Of a stretch of 64,000 nt of DNA, positions 27,234 to 41,132 are shown piece by piece (the stretch's first letter is position 1; the number at the start of each line of letters is the position of its first letter). Where the stretch lies: assembly GCA_045837725.1 (NCBI GenBank), contig JBEWZL010000239.1, forward strand, positions 186,001 through 250,000. The letters run 5' to 3'. The translations under genes and the position numbers were made by a program. Source of the DNA: Vermamoeba vermiformis (lineage: Eukaryota). The notes beneath the pieces are model-generated. The model was not told where the DNA came from and did not search any database. It saw nothing but the letters and a program-made list of their open reading frames with translations.

Positions 27234-30092
27234 TTAGAACGACAAAATTAACATTACAACAGCAAGCAAGAGAGTTCTGAGACACATCACCCGTGAGCCA
27301 GATGAAGTTGGACTGACAGGAGTACTTTGGGGTGTCTCACTTGGAGGAGGATTGTTCGTGGGCGATGCAACAGGTGGGACAATCGGAGTCAACACACCAC
27401 TTTGTGAGTTCACTGGTGCTTTGGGAACAATGCCTAACAGGTGTTAATATCACTGTTGCCACAAAGAGAGTCTCAAACTTACCATTGAGTTGCGTGTCAG
27501 TTGGTGCATCAGGACTGCTCGACACTTGATTGCCAAACTGAGTGTACTGATTGTTGACCAAGTTTTTGACAACCTCTGCAGAAGTTGGCTCTGATGAGTT
27601 TCCTAAACAATGACACGTGTCAGTTCTATTACTCTCGTGGACGTGTCAGTAATTTCTCCAACAAGTGCGAGGGTCACTTTGACGTACCAGCACTGACTTC
27701 TAACTCGACTTCTAGCGTGGGCGCTCCTTGTCTGATCATACGCTTGGCACCGTTGTTCGTTGTACTAACATTAAGGACTGATACACGTGTGTCACGCACA
27801 CCTGTGACTGCAACAAACGTATCGACGACAAGTTTGACAAACGATGTCACATTGAATGCGCTGGAGGCAGTGAAGGTCAAAGTAAGCGACACATCTACCA
27901 TAACTGTGTTAGATTCCGTGAAATCGTTAAATGTTGTGACACGTACTTCTAGGGCAAGCGAGTTGAGGAGTGATTGAGAAGGTCAGCAAGTAGTCTTCAA
28001 GACGCCATCGGTACTCTGCACTTGCATTCTGAAGCTGCACTCTTCTACCAAACGGAAAGTGGTCCCCTGCTCCCTTGTTGAAGTAAGTGATTGGAGCCAA
28101 GTTCTGTGTGATCAATAGTGAGTTACAAGCACGACTAATGCCACATTGACTTACACCCGGCGAGAGTGCATTTCTATCAGCAACATAAGGTATTCTTAAG
28201 ACACTCTGCTCGTTGTTTTTGTACGAGAAGTAAGCCACATTGAACTCGTCGATGCAGTCAAGCACGGGCACGACGTCACTGATGGGCAATGGCACCAGTT
28301 TATGCCCTAGTCCGTCACCAGTGGTCACAAACACATTGCAGTTCTCATCGAACACTGCTTCAGACTGTGAAAATAAGATCAATTCGAGTGACACTTTGAC
28401 ACGTAAAGTGTCAAAAAATATGACGCGTGTCATTTGTACGTACCACGCTGCTTGCGAAAACCACATTTAAGAGACCAGTCGCCTTCACTTCCCACGTGTC
28501 CCAATCGAGAGCCAACAGAATTATATTACTGTCCTGGTCGTCCGTCGCGAAGACAACCACATTGTCCGCTGAAATTTCATTCGGATTAGAACTAACACGT
28601 GCGTGGAGTCAAATGTTGATTAATTTACGCACGTATAGAAAACGTTGGAGGGCTGTAAAACTTTTTGTCTTGCAGAATTTTTTGCTGGCTGTAAACTTCG
28701 ACAATGACCTAATTACGAACGATTAATATCAATGATATTAGACCTAATAGCTTACGTCTTCCGTCTCGGACTTAAGGGACGCAAGCGCTTTGGATCCGCG
28801 GATCATCATTGCTGCTTCGATGAAATAATTATTACTGCCGCCGAAGTATACTGACTGAACGAATGTCCTTGTCTCCTATAATATCATAGTTAAATACTTT
28901 GAATTTGCCACACTTGACTCGGGATCAAGTCGCGATAATCAAAAAATAATTTTAAATTATAAAAAATCATCTCATATTAAATATCAATAATGCTTATTAC
29001 TAGTACGTAGCATTATTGATATGACTATAACTTACGAGATTAAATGAAACCAGAGTGCTATTCTGAAGGAACAGGTGCAACACTCCATCGGCGATGAAAG
29101 GAGGTGCCCAAGCATTCAATATAGAAGTAGGAATAGAGTAGCTACTATTGTCAACGTAGATCATCACACCGGCAGCCGAATCCGCAGCAACGACGAGCAC
29201 ATCTCCTGCCGAAGGCGATACATAGACCATGGTAATGAGAATGCTTTCGGGGCAACTAATATTAGCAGTCCAATAGGCATTTGCAATGTTATTGGTCAAA
29301 TTTAAGACCGAAATAAAGCCTGCGCCTGCAGAATCGTAAGGACGAAGCAAATATGAGCCTTGATAGGGAATCATCGATGTATATCGTAGCAAACTATCGA
29401 GATTATTGAGAGGAGTAAATAATTCTGTCGTTAGATCCGCGCTGACAACTGTTGAGTGTGTCGTGTTTGACAACGGCACAGATCCGTCCTGTAAAATCGT
29501 GGGTATTGCCCTTGATGGGTACTGTCTTGATAATAATAGTCAATTTCATATTTAAACTTTTGGTTAACCATAAATTAGTATTTAAAAATTAAGCTTAAAG
29601 ATCTTTTCGGTTTATAATTGTTGAACTTACCCTGCAGCAATAGGATAGCCATCAATTGTGTAACGACGAATGAAATAATTACTTGAATTGTCGGCCATAA
29701 GCAAATAAAAATGATCCTAGGATTTTAAACTCGTAAGCCACTTCTCACATCCGCTTGGTTCGTTTACCTCTCCAAGAATCGGGGGTAATATATCTGCATT
29801 CCCATCGGTACTGGTCCATGTGTCGTTGAATACGGTTGTTCTTCCTGGTGCTACTGAGGAACACAAGATCTGCAATAATAAATAAGTCATAAGGGGTTAG
29901 AATTACCGCAATGAATAATAATTACACAAAAAATACTACAAAATTACTTACGTTTCCATTAAGTTGGTTATTCCTTTCACGATTCGCTTTGTAAAACGGA
30001 TACTGTGAGGTCGCCAGATCCACGCTTTGCGCACCAATTGCAAATAGGCATGCTATTAAAAATAGACGCACAACATGCGAAGATGTGGTCAT
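27234..30092 (-). CDS. Secreted/surface protein, tandem copy A (signal peptide, propeller-like region, PVLDC domain, SEA-like domain, P/T stalk, GPI/TM tail)
   Basis: Signal peptide, YPFYKANRERNNQ, VVPVLDCIDEFNVAYFSY, AKRMIRQ, hydrophobic C-terminus; introns shared with copies B and C. Confidence 0.85.
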
Positions 30093-30283
30093 TCTACTAA
30101 CCTGAACAAATAAATAATTCCCACGGTTGCACAACCGAAATACGACAGCTGCCGAGGTAACTTTAAGCGAATTAAGCGGCATTCGTATACGGAAACATAA
30201 TATGGATACTAAGTCCCTTTGAATGAGCCGCCAAAGAATCAAAAAAAGCGCGTGCGACTTGATCTGGATCCAAAAAAAGACAT

Positions 30284-33143
30284 TTAGAACGACAACACTA
30301 AAATTACAACGGCAAGCAAGAGGGCTCCGAAACACTTCACCCGTGAGCCAGATGAAGTTGGACTGACAGGAGTACTTTGGGGTGTCTCACTTGGAGGAGG
30401 ATTGTTCGTAGGCGCTGCAACAGGTGGAACAACCGGAGTCAACACACCACTTTGTGAGTTCACTGGTGCTTTGGGAACGATGCCTAACGCATATTCAATA
30501 CATTGTTGTTGCCACAATGAGCCTCAAACTTACCGTTGAGTTGAGTGTCGGTTGGTGCATCAGGACTGCTCGACACTTGATTGCCAAACTGATTGTATTG
30601 ATTGTTGACCAAGTTTTTGACAACCTCTGCAGAAGTTGGCTCCGATGAGTTTCCTAAACAATGACACGTGTCAGTTATATTACACTCGTGGACGCGTCAG
30701 TGATTTCTCCAACCCATGCACAAGGGCCACTTTGACGTACCAGCACTGACTTCTAACTCGACCTCTAGCGTGGGCGCTCCTTGTCTTATCATACGCTTGG
30801 CGACGTTGTTTTGCGTGGTAACCTGAACCACTGATATACGTGTGTCACGCACACCTGTCACTGCAACAAACGTGTTGACAACGAGGTTAACGAATGATGT
30901 CACGTTAAACTTGTCAGTCGCTGTGAAGGTCAAAGTAAGTGAAACGTCTGTACAATTAGAACGTTAGACGATATGAGACATCATTGTGCCACATACTTCT
31001 AGGACAAGAGAGTTGAGGAGTGATTGAGAAGGTCAGCAAGTAGTCTTCGAGACGCCATTGGTACTCTGCACTTGCATTCTGAAGCTGCACTCGTGCACTG
31101 AATGGGTAGTGGTCACCTGGTCCCACGTTGAACAAAGTGACTGGTGCGACGTTCTATTGGAGTAATTATTAGCTACGGCTATGAAAGTAACTTGATTTAC
31201 ATACATCCGGTGAGAGTGCATTTCTATCAGCGACATAAGGTATTCTCAAGCCATCTGGTTGATTGTTGGTGTACGAGAAGTAAGCTACATTGAACTCGTC
31301 GATGCAGTCAAGCACGGGCACGACGTCACTTATGGGCAATGGCACGAATTTGTGAACGATTCCGTTGCCAGTGGTCACAAACACATTGCAATTATCATCG
31401 AACACTGCTTCAGACTGTACAAAAAAAAGATACTATCAGTTCAGCTGACACTTTAGAGTGGCAGTTTGAAAGGAAACATGTCAACACTTGTGACACGTGT
31501 CACGTATTCACATCAACTCACCACTCCAACTCCAGTGGGCACTTGATCAAAGAGACCAGTCGCTTTCATCTCCCACGTGTTCCAGTCCAGAGCCATCAGT
31601 TGAAGGTTGCCACCGTCGTCCGCTGTGGTGAAGACTGCTGCATTGTCCGCTACAATGATCGTTAGTTTGAATGTCCAGGAAACTCGTGTCATTGAACTTA
31701 CGGATCGAGAAAGTTGGATGACCGGCAAATCTTTTGTTTGCAAATATGGTTCTATTGCTAATGAGCTCTATAATGACCTGATTGCATATTTACAATTAAT
31801 ATTGAATAACCAAACGAGCGTTAATACTTACGGGTGTGTCGCTGAATGTAACCAAAGAAGCAAGCGCCTTGGATCCGCGAATGATCATTGAACTTTGGGT
31901 GTCGTAATAGGTGTTAGTATCCCAAGATATGGCACCAGTGAATGTCCTAGAATCCTATAATTATAGTTACGGCTTTAATTTGGTTCCATAAGAAATGTCT
32001 TCGTAGCGGACAAATTTCCGCTTCGGTAAATGAACTTGAACAATTAAAATTCAATAATTTAATTGCGCGGTAATAATGCGTTCTACTATTTAATATCAAA
32101 AGGAGAATAGAATTGAACTTACGAGATTAAACTGCACCACAGAGTTGTTCTGGATGAATACGTATAAAACTCCGTCTACGATGAATGGCGCGGCCCAATC
32201 GTTCATATTAATGCCGTCTATAGTATATCTGTTGCTATCGACGCTAATGTTGACACCCGTTCCGGATTCAGCTTTGGCAGCGACAACGAGAATATCTACA
32301 GAAGACGGCGAATATATCATAACGTTTCTTATAGTGCCAGGGCAACTGATATTAGCGGTCCAATGTGCGTTTGAAACGTTGTTTGTCAGATCCAGAACTG
32401 AAATGAAGCCTGCACTGTCTGAAGTATCAGGACGGAGCAAGAATGTGCTTTGATAAGGTATCAAGTTTTGATAGCCTATTTGACTATCAAAATTTGTGAG
32501 AGGCGCAAATAGTTCTGCGAGATCTGCGGTGAGAATGACCGTTTGAGCGTCGCTGGAAACTGCAACAGATCCGTTTTGTAAAATTGTCGGTACGGCTTTT
32601 GTTGAATAAGATCTACAAATTATATGTTAAACTTTTAAGTCCAGTGCGGTTACACAGGTACAAAAATAAAAAATTATCTACAGATCTTACCCCATGTAAA
32701 AAGATTTGCCCGCGATTGCATATTGACGGAGTTCATAATTACTTCCGGCACTGCTCAACATTATGTAAAAATAATCCTGAATTTTTTAACGTTAAAACAT
32801 AATCGCATCCAATTCGCTTTTTACCTGTCCGAGGATTGGAGGCAGTACATCTGCCTGTTTTGTATCAGTACTGGCCCATGTATCATTTAATACAGTTGTT
32901 CTTCCTGGTGCTATGTCTGAACACACGATCTGAAATAAAAATTTTGATTAGCAGCGGTTTTCTATTTTCTGAAGCCTTTTTGCTTAATTAAATAAATTCT
33001 CTACACACGTTTCCATTGAGCTGATTATTTCTTTCGCGATTTGCTTTGTAAAGTGGGTACGCTGAATTAGCAAGATTAATGCTCTGCGCTCCAATCGCGA
33101 ATAGACAAACCGTTAGTAATAAAACACAATAAGCCGTGGTCAT
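30284..33143 (-). CDS. Secreted/surface protein, tandem copy B
   Basis: Same exon layout and motifs as copy A; 3' region nearly identical in DNA. Confidence 0.85.
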
Positions 33144-33344
33144 TTTCTAAACATTCATCAATTAAATAATATTCCTCCGCGTTTTATGCACAACTGAAGA
33201 ATGACAGGAGCACGAGGTGACACATTAAAAATTCTGAATTTGTATATTACCCGCAAAGACGATGTTATCTTCAACGATGATCTGTTATTACGACGCTAAT
33301 ATGAACCATCCGGAGCTTGACGCGTCGCTAGATCCAAGACATGT

Positions 33345-36058
33345 TTAGTGCGCTAAAGCTAGCACAACTAGGGCAAATAACACTGCTGTACCATGCTCCG
33401 CTCGTTGCCAGATGAAGTCACAGTACTGACTGCTGGTGTACTTTGTGGCGTCTCTGTTGGCGCAGGAGGATTGTTCACGGGCGTTGCGTCAATCGGTGTC
33501 AACACACCACTTTGTGAGTTCACTGGTGCTTTAGGAACGATGCCTAACAGGAGTAAATATCACTGTTGTTGCCACTATGAGAGTCTCAAACTTACCATTG
33601 AGTTGAGTGTCGGTTGGTGCGCCAGTAGTATTCTTCACTTGATTGCCAAACTGATCGTACTGATTGTTGATTAAGTCTTTGACAACCTCTGCAGAAGTTG
33701 GCTCCGATGAGTTTCCTAGAAGATGACACGTGTCAGTTTTACACTAGTGGACGAGAGTCACTTTAACGTACCAGCACTGATCTCTAATTCAAGTTCTAAT
33801 GTTGATTCTCCTTGATGAATCATGCGCTTGGCGTTGTTTGTATTGACATGCAAGATTGACACACGCGCACTACGGATACCTGTCGTTGCGACAAGGGCCT
33901 CAATGACGATGTTAACAAACGTCGCCTCATTGAACGGTCCACTTGCAGTGAATGTCAATGTGAGTGATACGCCTGCACAATAAGCGCGTTAGCATGAACA
34001 CCAATTGTCATAAGAATCATTGAGACACGTACTTCTGGGACAAGCGAGTTGAGGAGTGATTGAGAATGTCAGCAAGTAGTCTTCGAGACGCCATTGGTAC
34101 TCTGCACTTGCATTCTGAAGCTGCACTCGTGCACTGAATGGGTAGTGGTCACCTGGTCCCACGTTGAACAACGTGACTGGTGCGACGTTCTATTGAAGTC
34201 TACGTTAGTACAAGTTTAATCGCCACTACTTACGCCTGGCGAGAGAGAATTTCTGTCAAGGACATAAGGTATTCTCAAACCATCTTGTTCGTTATTGTAG
34301 TATGAAAAGTAAGCCACATTGAACTCGTCGATGCAGTCGATCATCGGCACAACGTTGCTGATGGGCAAAGGCGAGAAAGTATGAATAACTCCGTTGTCTA
34401 CTGTGACATAGACGTTGCAATTGCCATCGAACACGGCCTCAGACTAGAAGAAAAAAAGTGTCAATAATAAAGACGACAATTTGACAGGCAGACTTGACAC
34501 GTGTCACGTCAACTTACGACTTTAGAATAAGGTGGAACTTGATCGAAGAGGCCAGTCGCGTTGACTCCCCACGTGTCCCAGTCCAAGACCATGAGCTGTA
34601 ACTCGCCACTCGAATCTACCGTAGTGAAGACAACCATGTTGTCAGCTTAAGAATAAAAAATTAATAACTAATCAACAGTACTACTAGAATACTATTATCG
34701 GGCTATCTCGCCACTGTGTGCCTTACGAATTGAAAAAGTTGGGTTTCCGGCGAATCCTTTGCCTTGCAGTACAGTGACGTTGTTAAAGAAGTCCATAATA
34801 ACCTAATAATACATCAATATCGACTACTATGTGTTTGGATCTGAAGTACTTACGTCACCATTGCTAGCACTGAAAGAGGCGAGAGCTTTTGAACCTCGAA
34901 TGATAGGCGAATATTGAAGTTGAAGATTTGCTCCAAAATACTTGACCGATTGCGATGCATCAGTCTAAGACAGGTTCAATTGGCATTAGTTCATTGTAAG
35001 AGGCTATTATCTCCTATTATTTCATTCGACTTACGAGATTCATGGAAGAAATGAAGTTTTGATCCTTCCAAAACAAAAACAAAACGTCGTCAACCATGTA
35101 CGGGTCAACATCCGGGTTTGTCTGAACCTGAGAATATCCGCGTACCGTCCCTTCCCAGCCAATAGTAGTCGTAACCATACCATCAAAATCCCTAACCATT
35201 ACCAGCACATCTGCGCCACCTGATGGGTCCTGGTAGACCATAATATTTCGGAGGTTGCCAATCAGTTTCTGCGATATTGAACCAATGCCGCCAGTTGCAA
35301 TATCTAAGTCATAAGCTTGCGAGGTATTGTCTCTTGGCATCCGGGGACTAAAAAGAAGCAGAAGTGTGTCTTGATAGGGGACCAACGGTTGAATAGTCTC
35401 CACACTAACGAGGTCGGTGAAGTTCGCCATGACGTATGAAAGATCTTCATTCATGAGTACTGTTCCGTTAATGCCAGAGAGAGCAACAGATCCGTTCTGC
35501 AAGATCGTGGGTATGGCTTGCACAAAAGGAAGCTCGCTTAATAAATTAGTCAGCAGCGTTCATCCACTTAAGGAATAACATTATATTAAAAAAAATAAGT
35601 AAGTTATTCCGTAATAAAAAGATCTTACGCTCCACTCCATGATGGCTTTCTTCCTAAGATGTATGAACGAATTGAATATTGTCCTGACTCGTTCGCTACC
35701 ATATAGAACTTATCCTGTTTGACAGATCCAGTCAAACACTGATCTGCATCCGTCAATTTCTTACCTGGGAAAGGATAGGAGGCAGCAGCACTGCATTATA
35801 TACGCCGGGACTCTTCCATGTGTCGTTGAACACCAGTGTTCTTCCTGGTGTTATTGACGCACACAAGATCTAAAAAATTAGCTCATTAAAATTCTGTTAC
35901 AAATCAACAGACGGATCCAGACTTACAGTAGCATTTAGTTGATTGTTTTTCTCGCGGTTTGCTCTGTACATTGGGTATGCCGAATTCGCAAGATTAATAC
36001 TCTGCACTCCGATCGTGAAGAGGCACGTAATTAATAAAATGTAATATGTTGCGGCCAT
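33345..36058 (-). CDS. Secreted/surface protein, tandem copy C
   Basis: YPMYRANREKNNQ, VVPMIDCIDEFNVAYFSY, same layout. Confidence 0.85.
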
Positions 36059-36506
36059 CTTCCATTTGTAAATGAAAATAAAACAAATCACTTGCAACCA
36101 GACAACAAAAGACGATCACAAGCAATGTTTGTAATGACTTCCCGGGACTACGAGATCTCACTCGAAGCACGCTTTAATAGTTAAAACAAGAGTTAATTAT
36201 ATTTAGATAGTACGCACAAGACTTTTATTACCGAGATCTTGAGTAGCATAGCTTGGCAGAAGAGCTGCGGTGCGATCAAGGATCTGTCATTTTTGTGTGT
36301 ACACATTTCATTTTGCGGCAAAAATCCCGCGGCACAAATTTTCCTCTGTTTACGACGGGCTGGCCAAAATGCATGTACGCTCAATAAACTGATCGCACGG
36401 CGTTTGTTGGATGGTTCTGAAGATAACCGATCCCAGATCCAACGCGAAAATGGTAACCAGATTCTTTCGCTGTAATCAACTGCAATAACTAGAGGCAATG
36501 ATGCCA

Positions 36507-39243
36507 TCAAGATTTTTGTTTCTTTGGCGGGCTTTCATCGGGCAACGGATCCGCTTTTCGCTTGTTGTTTGTTGCTGTACCCGGCGACAACATCGTATTG
36601 TTGCTGTTATTGTTGATGTTCATATTCACATTGTTATTGAGCGGCTCGCTTGGCTTGGGCGGAAGAACTCGAGCACTAGTATTCACGGCACTGAACGCTA
36701 CTGGAGAAATCGTCGGAGATAACATGGGAGGGCTGATATGACCCACTGGACTTGTGCTCACAAACCTCTGTTTGCTCGTGGGTGAGAGTTGCTGTAGCAA
36801 GTGAAATGCAGCTTGAAGTTGTGGCTCAGAAGTCACGATGGATCCAGTACGAGGACTGACAGGTGACATTTGACCAGGGGTATTGACAGTACTTTGGAGA
36901 GGTGAGATTGCTCCTAATTGCGGCAACGGCAATAGTGTGACAATGCCAGGGCCAGTGACTGAATGTTGTCCCAATGACGGGCTCAAACTAGTGTTGTTGA
37001 CCACGAGGCTCGAGATGTTTGATGCTGGTAGCGGTGCAATGTTCTTTAACGGAGACCGCATTTGAGGTTGTAGAACTACACTCGCTTGCTGTGGCTGAAG
37101 TATGGTATTGTTTCCACTGCCTGGTTGAATGACCTTGACGGGTGAAAGTGCTGGTTTGGGCAAGATGTTCGGTGGTGCTGTTGTTGTGGTACTGTTCGAT
37201 GCTGGTTGTGAATGTATTACTAGCTGTGAGGGCTTTGCGTTGTTGTTCGCGCCTTTCTTCGGTGCCATTTGCGGCGTTGGTTTGCTTGCGCCAGGTGTTG
37301 GAGTAGCCTGAGGCTTGTTCGGAGCCGATGACTTTGCAGCTCCAGCTGACGGTGTGCTCGAGTTATTATTCGATGCCACAGGGGCCTTCTTATCTTCCTT
37401 AGTGTCTATTATTATCGTTAGTACTTACGTGGCATAAAAAGTCATTGGTATCGTCATACCTGTCTCCGCTTTGTGCAAAGCTGAAAGTGAATTCTTGTGT
37501 TCTTTGGGAATAATCTGATCATAATGTGGTTTCAAATCCTTTAGTGTGCCGCGTAGCGTTGCTTCTGCACGGCCTGCTTGCGTGGCAATTTCAGTTTGTG
37601 TTCTCTTCTCGCCAGATAAATTGCACGCAATGTAACTATGATTCAATTAGCACCCATTACGATACTCTATTTTGCTAATTTCAACGTACATTACTGCCGC
37701 GGCAATACTCACTGGATTATTGCGCGTGATAGTCGCGTAATTATCGATTCGAACAGAAATCTCGACCGCGAGATCGATTGTGCGGTCAGTCAACTTCAAT
37801 TGCTTGCCAATGCGATGCTAATAAAATATGATTAATATTATAATAGGAACATATCATAGCCAACACCTACTATATGGGCAACCGCTGTACTCGCCGATTG
37901 GGGCGTTGTCAGGTTATTGTTCGACACCACAGGTTGCTGCTCTGTAGTTGCAACGTGCACGTGCGGAATTTCTTTTTCATGTGCTAATATTAATGTTTGT
38001 GCCTCTCTGTGTTAAATAGGATAAGATACATGATCGAAAATGATCAATTAATCTGCCTTACTTGAGATAAATATGAAAGTGCTTCTTCTTGCCCGTAGTT
38101 ATCTCGGTGACTTTATCGAGTCCTAGTGGTCGTGTCTTCTTACTGAGCTCGTAAACTAATGCACCTGCCATGCTCGCTATATTTTTAGTCTTTTTGTCTC
38201 CCGTTGAAGTTGCTATATGTAGCTTCAATCTATTGAACACGCGTTATTAAAAACTTTGAAAAAAGTTGTTCGCTTACAATTCTTTGCTCTTCTTGCTAAT
38301 TTCTATATCAAGACCTAACTTTGCGACTAATTTTTCCACGACAAAATATCCCGTGATCAAATCTTTAATTCTTTTCTGTTGAATTGACGCAGGAGATGTC
38401 ATATTGCTGTGAGAACTCATGCTGTTGCTACCACTTCCAATACCACTATTAGTATTGCTTATGACATTACTCGATGAATTTGATAATTCGCCGTGCAAAT
38501 GAGGCACGTGCAAATGAGTGCTAGTGACAGCGGGCATTGGATCCGCGAACATATTAGTATTTTCGTTGATAATAGCATTGGTGATATTTGGCTTTGGTGC
38601 TAATGTATCCTCTGTATTTTTTGAATTGCGTAGAGCCTTTGCAAATTCACGCACGAATTTTTGTAATTCTGCCATTTGGCCAGGAAGCGAGCTAAAAATT
38701 CATGTTCAGCCTATTAGGATCAAAATAACTTATAATTAAACAATACCTCGAAGCACTTGAATACAATACATATCGATCGCTTTCTAAGACTGAATAGGCG
38801 GTCACGAGTCTTTCGGCTTGAAATTGGTCCTGAGGCTTGCGCTAAAATAAAGCACGCGATTAAAAGTCGCTTATATTGCGAGTATTTTATCCTAATTTAC
38901 CTCATATACATCGGGAAAATCGCTGGTGTACGCGTACAAAGGTCTGCTTTCGGTTCGTTCTACGATCGTCGGCAAAAAGTGAGATCGCTTTTCTTCGACA
39001 ATTGTCCCACATTTCAGGCAGCTTATTTTGTTATCCTTGCTAAGTAAAATATTAGTTTACGAATTTCGGTACTTGATTTAATAAAAATTGATGAAAAACT
39101 GTTCGAGATTTACCGAAACAGAGAAAATAGATACTAAAGCAACGAATAACCGCGCTATTCCGTAATAAATTAAATAATATTACTCACGTCTCAAATTCAT
39201 TTAAAGAATGACACCAAGGACATTCAACACAAGATCCCTGCAT
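36507..39243 (-). CDS. Divergent TFIIB-family protein with low-complexity insert and ~290-aa S/P/N-rich tail
   Basis: Spliced N-terminus ECPWC...ISCLKCGTIVEE zinc ribbon; cyclin-repeat motifs NIASMAGALVY and YIACNLSGEKRTQTEIA; intron 37405-37459 with TACTAAC branch point joins ORF 36507-37379. Confidence 0.7.
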
Positions 39244-39584
39244 TTTTGCCGATCAAATCTAACCGAAGACTATCGCATTCCGAAATATCTCAATAAATAA
39301 CAAATATAAAACCTATCGTGGGTCAATGCCGTTAGGAAGATTACTTAATTCTTGTGGAACTGAGCGAAAACAAGCTGGTCAAAAAAAGTCAAAGCGAAAA
39401 ACATAAATTCGTAACTTTTCTTCGGTCATTTTATCCTCCTTGCCGAAAAACGAAGAACCACAACTCTCTGTTTTACGGCATAAACGTTTAGAAAACAATT
39501 ATCAAAAGTTGGGATTAACTTCTTCGACTTTCTGTAAATAAGATTACATCAACCAAGCAAATCTATTGCACTACCAATCCGAAA

Positions 39585-40917
39585 ATGATGTCCATTGACT
39601 ATGTTCAAACTCGTATTGACACTACGGCTGGTATGCTAGAATGCCCGGTTTGTCGCAATTCGTCGCAATTTGTAGAGGGTAGGCATTCCTTAGTCTTTCT
39701 CGCTTTCAGAGATTGGATTTATAATAAAACCCAATACGAATTATTCCTACATATAACTCACCCTTCATATTTAAAGATCCCGCAAAAGGAGACATTGTTT
39801 GCGCGAATTGTGGTTGCGTTATGAGTGAAAGAATAATAGATGAGGGCCGCGAGTGGAGAAACTTCAGTGACAGTGACAAAGACCGCTCTCGAGCTGAAGG
39901 AGTGGACGAGTTTATAAGTACGATGTCTTATAATATTTTTCTGGCTCGGTTTCTTTTTTGCTTCATTTGTCTATTCTTTTAAATGATCGGATGGGAATAT
40001 TAACGTTTACTGCCCAGATGAGCTTACCACCGATATCTCTCGCTCACCCAATGCCACTGGCGATATGGCTCGCATGTCCAAAGTTCAAAATCGCATTGCT
40101 GTAGGTGTCATTTTCGAAGCAGCATCTAATCGGCAAAAAGCGGGAACTTCGGTACTAACGTTCTTTTTCCTTTCTAGTTGGATTCTAACGCGCGTAACCT
40201 CGTCTCTGCTTTCGAAAAGATCGGTCACTATGCCGAGGTTATGAAGCTCCCTAATACTATTAGAGTACGCATAAATTTTTCCGGCGCCTCGATCGTGGTT
40301 TCGAAATCTAACCCTTGTTTTTCTTCTAGAACAAAGCGAAGAGTCTTTATAAACAATTCGAGGAGAAACGCTCGAAGACAATGAGAGGCACCAAGAAAGA
40401 GGCTATTATTGCCGCTGTGTTGTACATGGCTTGCAAAGAAGAGCTGGTGCCTCGTACCTTCAAAGAATTGGCCAAAGAAACTGGCATTAAAGAGAAAGAC
40501 ATTCGCAAATTCTACCGCAACTTGACCCAATTGTTGCCTAAGACGGTCAATACCGCTCAAGCTGTTTCACCTGTTGATTTGGTGGTACGTAACGGTCACT
40601 TTTCGAATCTGATCTTATGCTCAATATTGATTGCTTAGAACCGCTTCTGTTCCAAACTCAAACTCCCCCACGAAATTGTCACAGCTGCATGCGCTGTGGC
40701 AGATAAAGCCAATCCTCAACTCGAAGGCAAGAGTCCTAGCTCGATCGCTGCTGCTAGCATTTTGATGGTTACCAAACTGAGCGACCAAAAGCGATGGGAG
40801 AAGGACATTGCCGAGGCTGCCAGCATTTCACCGACGACTATCAGAAACGTTTACAAAGAAATGCAAATGCTTCCGGGCTTGTTGCCAGTTGAGAATCCGA
40901 CGCCCAAGACAAACTAA
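39585..40917 (+). CDS. GTF2B: General transcription initiation factor IIB
   Basis: CPVC...GDIVCANCG zinc ribbon, IIDEGREWRNFSD B-reader, AAVLYMACKEELVPRTFKEL, GKSPSSIAAASI. Confidence 0.95.
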
Positions 40918-41132
40918 GCGAGATTTTTCATTAACGGCGCATAGAGAACAAAGGTAGTGCGAAGTAACTGATATATTTTGTGCTACTACGTGACTCTTTG
41001 AAGCCCTCAAATCTGAAAAACAAAACAAACAACAAAAATGTAAAATACGTTGCAAATCTGTATAAAGTTTGTAAATTAGCAGCGGAAACGAAATAAATCG
41101 TTTAAAAAGGAATGTTGTTTTATTATTTACAA

